This document shows positions 46,846 to 54,098 of a stretch of 64,000 nucleotides of DNA, piece by piece (the stretch's first letter is position 1; each line of letters begins with the position of its first letter). Under the pieces are notes generated by a model. The model was not told the origin of the DNA. It saw only the letters and a list, made by a program, of their open reading frames with translations, and made no database searches. This DNA comes from Fimbriimonadaceae bacterium (lineage in GTDB: Bacteria; Armatimonadota; Fimbriimonadia; Fimbriimonadales; Fimbriimonadaceae), in assembly GCA_020850835.1 (NCBI GenBank), contig JADZDX010000037.1:17044-81043 (forward strand), written 5' to 3'. Position numbers and translations under genes: made by a program.

Positions 46846-48207
46846 CTATTCTACGCGTGCGTTGGCTAACCACTCACCAAAGCTACGGTGTGCATTCGCG
46901 AGTTTGAGCTCTCTCTTTTTTGACTTATCTCGCACCGGCTCATCGGGATCCGGCAGCAAGCCCCAATTAATATTCATGGGGGCAAACTCACGTTCGCTTT
47001 TATCCTGCAAATGGGCCAGGAGGGACCCAAATGCCGAGGCTCGCGGGGGCGGAGCCAGCGATGGGTTTAAGGCAAACAGGCCAGAAAGAATCCCCATCGC
47101 TGCGCTCTCAACATACCCCTCCACTCCCGTGAGTTGACCGCTCAAGAAGAGACCCGGGCGACCCTTCAACTCCAGATTTGCACAAAGAACTCGCGGTGCG
47201 TCCACGAATGTATTGCGGTGGATGACCCCATACCTAACGAATTCAGCATTCTCTAGCCCAGGCACCATCTGAAGCACTCTCTTCTGCTCGCCCCATTTGA
47301 GCCTTGTTTGGCACGCTACGAGGCTGTACATCGTCCTTTCCCGGTTCTCCGGTCGGAGCTGCAAGACTGCATATGGCCAGCGCCCGGTCCTGGGATCCGT
47401 TAAGCCCACCGGCTTGAAATTGCCGAAGGCGAGAGACCGTGCGCCCTTTTCGGCAATCGCCTCAATCGGAGAGCAACCGCTAAAGTATTTGATCTTCTCC
47501 AGAAACTCGCTCTCTTGCTCACCGGAGTTACCATTGCGTCGGCCGCCTGCCTCAAATGCATGAATTGGGGCTCGCTCGGCGCTAATCAACGCGGTGACAA
47601 AGGCTTCGTATTCCTCCTTGTTGAATGGACAGTTTAGATAGTCGTCGCCTTCACCTTTGTCGTAGCGACTCTGGGCAAAGATTACGCTTCGATCAAGTGA
47701 ATCTGCCGTAACCGTGGGAGCAACTGCATCATAGAAGTACAAGTGCGTCCTGCCTGTCCACTCCGCCAATCGTTTGCTCAGGGCTGGCGAAGTTAGGGGC
47801 CCGGTAGCCAGAATGACCGGGCCCTCCTTGAGGAGCGGCTCTGGTTCGGTCACCTCTTCCCTGCTCGTCTCGATGAGAGGATGATCTTGGAGGATCCGCG
47901 TGATCTCCTGCGAAAACTGGGTTCGGTCAACCGCAAGGGCCTCCCCCCCGGGGACCGTGTGCCGGTTCGCAACCTCGATGACAAGGGATCCCAGGGTTTG
48001 CATCTCCGCTTTGAGAAGCCCTGCCGGAGAGGTAGGGGACTTTGACTTGAAGGAATTGGAGCACACTAGCTCGGCAAACAGATTCGTCTCATGAGCCGGG
48101 GTCTTAACCTTGGGGCGCATCTCAAAAAGGCGCACCCGCTGCCCACGGCTTGCGATGGCCCAGGCGGCTTCCACACCAGCGAACCCTGCCCCAATGACGC
48201 TAATCAT
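46846..48207 (-). CDS. trmFO: Methylenetetrahydrofolate--tRNA-(uracil-5-)-methyltransferase TrmFO
   Basis: 'VIGAGFAGVEAAWAIA', 'FAELVCSNSFK' and 'LFLSGQLTGVEGYVESAA'. Confidence 0.9.
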   Translation of the reverse strand: MISVIGAGFAGVEAAWAIASRGQRVRLFEMRPKVKTPAHETNLFAELVCSNSFKSKSPTSPAGLLKAEMQTLGSLVIEVANRHTVPGGEALAVDRTQFSQEITRILQDHPLIETSREEVTEPEPLLKEGPVILATGPLTSPALSKRLAEWTGRTHLYFYDAVAPTVTADSLDRSVIFAQSRYDKGEGDDYLNCPFNKEEYEAFVTALISAERAPIHAFEAGGRRNGNSGEQESEFLEKIKYFSGCSPIEAIAEKGARSLAFGNFKPVGLTDPRTGRWPYAVLQLRPENRERTMYSLVACQTRLKWGEQKRVLQMVPGLENAEFVRYGVIHRNTFVDAPRVLCANLELKGRPGLFLSGQLTGVEGYVESAAMGILSGLFALNPSLAPPPRASAFGSLLAHLQDKSEREFAPMNINWGLLPDPDEPVRDKSKKRELKLANAHRSFGEWLANARVE

Positions 48208-49271
48208 CCCAATGCGGCAAGGATTGCATCACCCATTTGTCGAGTACCCACTGGCTCGCTAGCCCCAGCGATATCGGAGGTTCGTATGCCCTTTTGAAGG
48301 ACTGCCTCGACCGCCCCTTCGATTCTCTGGGCCGACTCAGTATCGTCGCAGGTGTATTGCAGTAGCATCGCTGCGCTCATGATTGCGGCGATTGGATTTG
48401 CGCGGTTCTGCCCAGCGATATCTGGGGCGGAACCATGAATGGGCTCGTACATTCCAAAGACGGTGCCTGCCTTAGGGTCACTGAGGCTTGCACTCGGCAG
48501 AAGTCCCAAAGAGCCAGTGATCATCGCCGCCTCGTCACTAAGGATATCACCGAACATATTTTCAGTTAGGATTACATCAAACTGGCTCGGGTCACGCACT
48601 AGTTGCATGGCGCAGTTATCAACAAGCATATGGCTAACACTAATGTCAGGATTGCCTTGGGCCATTTCATCAACAACTTCGCGCCAGAGTCGGCTGGTCT
48701 CAAGCACGTTCGCTTTATCCACACTGACGATCTTATGGTGCCGAGTACGAGCAACGCCAAAAGCACGCTGAGCAATGCGCTCCACTTCTGAGCGGCGATA
48801 GACCATTGAATCCACCGCATAATTCCCACCTTCCCGGCGTTCACGAGGTTCACCGAAATAGATGCCACCCGTAAGTTCACGCATTACTATGAGATCAATA
48901 CCAGCTGGTCCGAGCTTGACGGGTGAAGCATCAACCAATGCGGCGAAAGCTTTAGCTGGGCGGACGTTCGCGTAGAGATTAAGCTCTCTTCGTAATGGGA
49001 GCAAGGCACCGACTTCGGGACGCAACTTAGGATCGGGGATCTGATCCCACTTTGGACCGCCGACCGCGCCAAGAAGTACGGCATCAGCACTCCGACACAG
49101 ATCAAGCGTAGCCACCGGCAAAGGATGCCCCGTAGCGTCATAGGCCGCCCCGCCAACCAGGGCCTCCTCGAACTCAATGTCTGAGCGAAGATGCTTGAGC
49201 ACCTTCAGCGCTTCTGCAGTCACTTCGGGGCCAATTCCATCACCGGCGATGACGGCAACTTTGTACGCCAT
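48204..49271 (-). CDS. leuB: 3-isopropylmalate dehydrogenase
   Basis: 'KVAVIAGDGIGPEV', 'NLYANVRP', 'RELTGGIYFG' and 'MFGDILSDEAAMITGSLG'. Start set to the ATG at 49271 (MAYKVAV). Confidence 0.9.
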   Translation of the reverse strand: MAYKVAVIAGDGIGPEVTAEALKVLKHLRSDIEFEEALVGGAAYDATGHPLPVATLDLCRSADAVLLGAVGGPKWDQIPDPKLRPEVGALLPLRRELNLYANVRPAKAFAALVDASPVKLGPAGIDLIVMRELTGGIYFGEPRERREGGNYAVDSMVYRRSEVERIAQRAFGVARTRHHKIVSVDKANVLETSRLWREVVDEMAQGNPDISVSHMLVDNCAMQLVRDPSQFDVILTENMFGDILSDEAAMITGSLGLLPSASLSDPKAGTVFGMYEPIHGSAPDIAGQNRANPIAAIMSAAMLLQYTCDDTESAQRIEGAVEAVLQKGIRTSDIAGASEPVGTRQMGDAILAALG

Positions 49272-49328
49272 AGGACCATCATTATGCCGCCGGAAACATC
49301 CTGACCGCATGAGCCGTTCTTTACTTGC

Positions 49329-50450
49329 ATGACAACCCTCACTTTGGCCGCGAGCATGGCCCTCTGGCCTCAATCTGCTGGGATTCCCGAAGCAAGATGG
49401 CACTGCATGTTCTCGGGAGTCAACATGCCCCACGGGTTCATGATCATCGGAGACCAAACGCTGGAGAAGCAACGGGCATTTACGTCAAGCGAAGAGATCA
49501 AGATCATGAAGGGAATGGGCATCAAGAACGTCCGGATTCCCTTTGTCCCTGAGGCGATTGCCAAATCATATAGCCCGCCAATCCTCGACACCGCGAAGCT
49601 GGCCAATCTTCGCCGAGCAATTGAATCCTTCCGACGCGAGGGAATCCTTGTCCAACTGGATTTGCACGATGGCACTCGGTTGGCTAGAGCGATGGAAACC
49701 AGCTTGGAACCAGTGCGAGAGCTTAAGGCTTTTTGGCGAGTTGTTGCGGAAGCGCTAAAGGATATTGATCCAAATTATTTGATGTTTGAAATCCTCAACG
49801 AGCCCCAGGTTCAGGACGGGGCCCTTTGGTGGTCAATCCAAAAGAGTGTGATTTCAGAAATCCGGTCCGTCGCTCCAACCCACACGATTATTGTCCAAGC
49901 GTCCAAATGGAGCTCCATTGACGACCTTCGTGCCCGAGCTCCCTATTCGGACAAGAACATCATCTATACGTTTCATTTTTACGAGCCATTCATTTTCACT
50001 CATCAAGGTGCCAACTGGGCGACCTTCGAGCAGGGGGACTGGCGAGATATCCGCTTTCCAACGACCACGGAGAATCTTGAGTCTCTCAAATCCCAGATAA
50101 CGTCAGCCAACAAGCGCCGATTGTACGATTCATTTGCTGCCCAGCCCTGGAATGCAGCCAGAATACGTGAGCGCATAGAGTTGATAGCAGACTGGGGCGA
50201 GCGCTATGATGCGCGAGTGACATGCAATGAGTTCGGGACTGTTCGTGAGACGGTTGACAGCAGAAGTCGCTTCAATTGGCACAGGGATACGGTACGAGCT
50301 CTTGAAGAATTTGGAATCGGGTGGTCAGTCTATGAGTGGCGAGGTGGAATGGGGATGCACTATGGCAAGATCACCAGTGTCGGAGCTAAGGACACCATTG
50401 ACTGGAACATCATTGATGCTCTTGGTTGGCGTCGCCCCAGGCTTCGCTAA
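49329..50450 (+). CDS. Glycoside hydrolase family 5
   Basis: 'FEILNEPQ' (acid/base Glu) and 'VTCNEFG' (nucleophile Glu). Start is uncertain and there is no convincing signal peptide. Confidence 0.75.
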   Translation: MTTLTLAASMALWPQSAGIPEARWHCMFSGVNMPHGFMIIGDQTLEKQRAFTSSEEIKIMKGMGIKNVRIPFVPEAIAKSYSPPILDTAKLANLRRAIESFRREGILVQLDLHDGTRLARAMETSLEPVRELKAFWRVVAEALKDIDPNYLMFEILNEPQVQDGALWWSIQKSVISEIRSVAPTHTIIVQASKWSSIDDLRARAPYSDKNIIYTFHFYEPFIFTHQGANWATFEQGDWRDIRFPTTTENLESLKSQITSANKRRLYDSFAAQPWNAARIRERIELIADWGERYDARVTCNEFGTVRETVDSRSRFNWHRDTVRALEEFGIGWSVYEWRGGMGMHYGKITSVGAKDTIDWNIIDALGWRRPRLR

Positions 50451-50463
50451 GCCACAATAGGTC

Positions 50464-51126
50464 ATGGATTGGTGGGGGCTGGATCGAGCACTTTTTCGGG
50501 CCATTCACCTCAACTGGCGAGAACCCTGGCTTGACCCAATAATGGCCCTGCTCAGCTTCAGCGGCGTAGGAATCGTTCACGTCGGAGCCTTACTGTGTGC
50601 TTCGGCGAGGAACCAACGAATCTGGTTTTGGGTCGCCTCGGCTCTAGTCGTTTGCGCTGTTACCTTCGTTGGGGCGAAGACCGGTGATCAATGGGTTGAA
50701 TTGGGGGTCTTCCTCGTTCTCCTCCGAATGTTTTGGTGGCTGGAGATCAAGGTTGCGATTGAAGCTATCGCCGCATTCTTGCTCAGTGGCGGCTTCCATC
50801 TCATACTAAAAGCCATTACGCAACGCGAACGCCCAAGTAACTTCATCTGGGCGTCGCCCATGGAAAGCGTATACACGACCCATAGCTTCCCCAGCGGACA
50901 CGCCACCACAGCGGTCGCAATTGGAACAATCATTTACATGTCCTATGCAAGGCAATGGCAAGGCTGGGTTGCCTTAAGCTGGGGACTTATCGTAGCGGTC
51001 AGCCGCATCTACGTTGGTGTTCACTGGCCAAGCGATGTGTTAGCGGGCATTGGCCTTGGGGTTGCCGCCGCTGCTGCAGTCAAAATTGTCTCTGCGCACC
51101 GAGAGGAGTGTACAATAGAAGAGTGA
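50464..51126 (+). CDS. PAP2-family lipid phosphatase (undecaprenyl-diphosphatase-like)
   Basis: 'KAITQRERP', 'SFPSGHAT' and 'SRIYVGVHWPSDVLAG' are the three acid phosphatase motifs. Multi-TM. Confidence 0.8.
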   Translation: MDWWGLDRALFRAIHLNWREPWLDPIMALLSFSGVGIVHVGALLCASARNQRIWFWVASALVVCAVTFVGAKTGDQWVELGVFLVLLRMFWWLEIKVAIEAIAAFLLSGGFHLILKAITQRERPSNFIWASPMESVYTTHSFPSGHATTAVAIGTIIYMSYARQWQGWVALSWGLIVAVSRIYVGVHWPSDVLAGIGLGVAAAAAVKIVSAHREECTIEE

Positions 51127-51773
51127 GGTTGCGACTCTCCTTCGTTGCTATCCCTTGTAGCATCTTGATTGCCGCGGGCGGGCTTTGGCTCATGCAACTT
51201 GCAAAAGTTGCCCAAACCAAGGGTCAAACGCCTTATAGCATCCCTACACGGCATCCAGTTACCAAGGAAATGGAACTAGCAGCGGCCTCTTTGAAGCGAA
51301 CTCCTGCGCCTTCTTTTATGCTGGTTGACCAAGACAGCCACCAAATTGGAACGCCCGATCTCAAGAAAGGCAAGCCTTCGGTACTGGTCTTCATCAAGGA
51401 TGAATGCCCCTGCAGTATCGAAGCGCAGCCGATTTTCAATAGCATTGCCAAGGCTTTTGGTGGAGATGCTCAATTTTTTGGAGTCATTGATGCTTTGCCC
51501 CAAGCGGCGGCTCATTATGCTCAAGCAAACATGGTTCCATATCCCATTATTTGCGATCCTAAGACGAGTCTGCCTAAGAATTTCAAATTAGTGGCGTCGG
51601 CCAGTATCGCTCTCGTTGATGGAAGTGGCTCCATCGTCAAAGCGTGGCCCGGATATAGCCGTGACGTGCTTCGGCAACTTAATCTCTTACTCGGCACTCT
51701 TAGCAAAGCGGGACCCAAAGAGTTCGATGACACGGATGCTCCCAAGGAAATGACCGCGGGTTGCACTTTCTAA
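51123..51773 (+). CDS. Membrane-anchored thioredoxin-fold (redoxin-like) protein
   Basis: GTG start overlapping the PAP2 stop (GTGA). TM 'IPCSILIAAGGLWLM', 'PSVLVFIKDECPCSIEAQPIF' (CxC in the Trx active-site position) and 'YPIICD'. Confidence 0.5.
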   Translation: MRLRLSFVAIPCSILIAAGGLWLMQLAKVAQTKGQTPYSIPTRHPVTKEMELAAASLKRTPAPSFMLVDQDSHQIGTPDLKKGKPSVLVFIKDECPCSIEAQPIFNSIAKAFGGDAQFFGVIDALPQAAAHYAQANMVPYPIICDPKTSLPKNFKLVASASIALVDGSGSIVKAWPGYSRDVLRQLNLLLGTLSKAGPKEFDDTDAPKEMTAGCTF

Positions 51774-52381
51774 CGGCGGCGTAACTCATCCAAGAGTTCC
51801 CGCTGATTCACGGTTAACGTGAGATCGCTTCGCGTTCGTTCTAACACCGCCCGTAGCGCATCGCAGGTTCTCCGCAGTCCGTTTGTTAGCGCATCGGGAA
51901 AATCTAGGGTGATAAGGCCGTCGTAGATATCCTCCATCCAACTCAGGATACGTTCCGCTTCGCTTAGCGAACCTCGTCGCAGCTCATCCAGCACCGCCCG
52001 GCGGCACTCACTTGCCGCTTCCGCCAAGCCATTCAAGTAGGGGGCCAGATCAACACCTAGGGCCACTCGGTCGGGGACATCAAGGTTCTGTAGGACAGCG
52101 AACACAGCGGCAGCTTCCACCAGTTCTTTCTCAGCATCTTGAATATAGCCTGCATAAAGGATCTCCGGAGCATCTTGAACCTCGGCTCGAAGTTCCTTTG
52201 CCCGAGTCTTCCCCTCTTCAAGGAGCTCCGATGCATCGGCAAACTGCTTTCGATGGACATGGCGGATGCACTTGCTTGCCGTCTGGATGATCTTCCTTGA
52301 GCCAGCCAGGGCAACTTCTCGGCGTCGGTGCTGCACCTCAAGCTCATTACTTGCGCTGACGACGGCGTCCTTCCATTTCAT
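51770..52381 (-). CDS. Translin-family protein (bacterial translin-like)
   Basis: All-helical, 203 aa. 'YIQDAEKELVEAAAVF' and 'YLNGLAEAASECRRAVLDELRRG...MEDIYDGL...LRRTCDALRAVLERTRSDL' follow the translin/TRAX pattern as I recall it. Confidence 0.55.
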   Translation of the reverse strand: MKWKDAVVSASNELEVQHRRREVALAGSRKIIQTASKCIRHVHRKQFADASELLEEGKTRAKELRAEVQDAPEILYAGYIQDAEKELVEAAAVFAVLQNLDVPDRVALGVDLAPYLNGLAEAASECRRAVLDELRRGSLSEAERILSWMEDIYDGLITLDFPDALTNGLRRTCDALRAVLERTRSDLTLTVNQRELLDELRRR

Positions 52382-52998
52382 ATCATCTTCTTCTCCGAGA
52401 AGCTAAAGTAGTTGTGATGTCCAATAATGATGTGATCAATGAGCTCCACTTCGAGGAGCTGTCCAGCCTCTGAAAGCCTTTGCGTTACTGCGATGTCTTC
52501 CGGGCTTGGAGCGGGATCACCACTTGGATGGTTATGAGCGACTACCACTCCAGAGGCGCCAAGTCTTAGTGCTTCGCGAAACACGTCACGGGAGCTGACA
52601 ATAGACATCGAGAGCGAGCCGATATGGATCGTCTTCAAACCGAGCATTCCCATCTTGGCGTCAACATACATAGCACAAAAGTGCTCTTGGTTCTCATGCC
52701 GGAGATACTCGAAATGCCGGGCGATCTCGCTGGCTCGCGAGAGTTGTTTTCGCTGACCCTTGTTGCTACTTCCCGTTCGTCGCCCAAGTTCGAAGGCCGC
52801 GAGGAGACGACCAATCAAGGCCCTGTCGGTAAGCCCCAGTTGCTCAAGGTCGGCGCAACAGAGATCGCTGAGTCCATGAATGCCTCGCGACTTCAGAAAG
52901 TCGGTAGCAATTGGTAAGACTTGACCGGTCATTCCCTCATTCTCTGCCGACAGGATTGCCAGCAAATCAGCCGCCGATAAGCTACCGTGGTCGGTCAT
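52378..52998 (-). CDS. radC: RadC-like JAB/MPN domain protein (UPF0758)
   Basis: 'VVVAHNHPSGDPAPSPEDIAVTQRL' (JAMM motif) and an N-terminal HhH-like region. Start set to the ATG at 52998 (ATGA overlap with the carA stop). Confidence 0.85.
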   Translation of the reverse strand: MTDHGSLSAADLLAILSAENEGMTGQVLPIATDFLKSRGIHGLSDLCCADLEQLGLTDRALIGRLLAAFELGRRTGSSNKGQRKQLSRASEIARHFEYLRHENQEHFCAMYVDAKMGMLGLKTIHIGSLSMSIVSSRDVFREALRLGASGVVVAHNHPSGDPAPSPEDIAVTQRLSEAGQLLEVELIDHIIIGHHNYFSFSEKKMI

Positions 52999-54083
52999 TT
53001 CAACATGTCCACAAATTGATTGAAGTACTTCCGAGAATCCCATGGACCCGGCGCGGCTTCCGGGTGATATTGGATGCTCATCGCCCGATGAGCAACGTGG
53101 CGCAACCCCTCGACGGTACCGTCATTTAGATTGATCTGCGTGACCTCAGCCCCAGTACCCACGAGCGACTCTGGATTGACGGCGTACCCGTGGTTCTGGC
53201 TAGTTATCGTAACACTCCCATCAAGAAGGTCCTTAACAGGATGGTTCGAGCCTCTGTGGCCAAATTTCAGTTTGTACGTCTCACCTCCAAGCGCTCTGCA
53301 CAGCAGTTGGTTACCCAAACAAATTCCGAGGATCGGTCGCTCGCCCAGGAGATTCTTCACGGTCTCAATTACGGGCGCCAATCGAGCTGGATCACCGGGG
53401 CCTGGTGAAAGCAAGATACCGTCGGGAGACCATGCCATCACTTCGTCTGCCGTGGAGGTTGCGGGCAGCACAATCGTCCTTACGCCCAGCGCCGCCAACC
53501 GACGAAGAATGTTATGTTTCAGGCCGCAGTCCAGGGCAACAACCTTATGCGGAAGGCTTTCACTCGGGAGATCTACTGCTTCCCTTCCTTCTCGTCCCCA
53601 TGCGTAGGGAGCCCTAGTTGTTACCTTGTAGACAAAGTCTTCGTCATCGTATGCATGTGCTTCCTTGAGCTTCGACGCGGCTGAATCAGGGTTACTCGTA
53701 AGAATGCCCATCGTCACTCCTGCAGATCGAATGTGTCGAGTGAGCGCCCGGGTATCCAAACCCTGGATCCCCACTAAACCCCGCTCTCTCATGAGCTCAT
53801 CCAGCGTCATGTTCGAACGCCAATTCGAGGGGTTCTTACAGGCTTCTCGAACAATGAGGCCTACTGGCTGCAGCCGGTCCGACTGAAAGTCGTCCAAATT
53901 AATCCCGTAGTTTCCGATGAGTGGGTATGTCAAGGTCACTAGCTGGCCCGCGTAGCTCGGGTCAGTCAAGATTTCTTGGTAGCCGGTCATTCCTGTATTG
54001 AAAACAACTTCTCCAATGGCATCACCTTCCGCACCAAGGCGTCGCCCGGCGAAGGTGGTTCCATCACTGAGAACGAGAAACAC
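52995..54083 (-). CDS. carA: Carbamoyl-phosphate synthase small (glutaminase) subunit
   Basis: 'FNTGMTGYQEILTDPSY', 'GICLGNQLL' (catalytic Cys) and 'SIQYHPEA'. Confidence 0.95.
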   Translation of the reverse strand: MFLVLSDGTTFAGRRLGAEGDAIGEVVFNTGMTGYQEILTDPSYAGQLVTLTYPLIGNYGINLDDFQSDRLQPVGLIVREACKNPSNWRSNMTLDELMRERGLVGIQGLDTRALTRHIRSAGVTMGILTSNPDSAASKLKEAHAYDDEDFVYKVTTRAPYAWGREGREAVDLPSESLPHKVVALDCGLKHNILRRLAALGVRTIVLPATSTADEVMAWSPDGILLSPGPGDPARLAPVIETVKNLLGERPILGICLGNQLLCRALGGETYKLKFGHRGSNHPVKDLLDGSVTITSQNHGYAVNPESLVGTGAEVTQINLNDGTVEGLRHVAHRAMSIQYHPEAAPGPWDSRKYFNQFVDMLK

Positions 54084-54098
54084 GGCTAGATCAAGAGT

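Noticed and set aside
49272-49472. 67-aa N-terminal extension of leuB
   Set aside because: The conserved LeuB N-terminus 'MAYKVAVIAGDGIGPEV' starts at the internal ATG at 49271. The upstream part is Arg/His/Cys-rich with no homology-like features, and it overlaps the divergent GH5 start region.
50955-51122. 5' part of ORF 50955..51773 overlapping the PAP2 gene in another frame
   Set aside because: The PAP2 motifs occupy this stretch in frame 1. The thioredoxin-fold protein has a sensible GTG start with a TM helix at 51123, overlapping the PAP2 stop.
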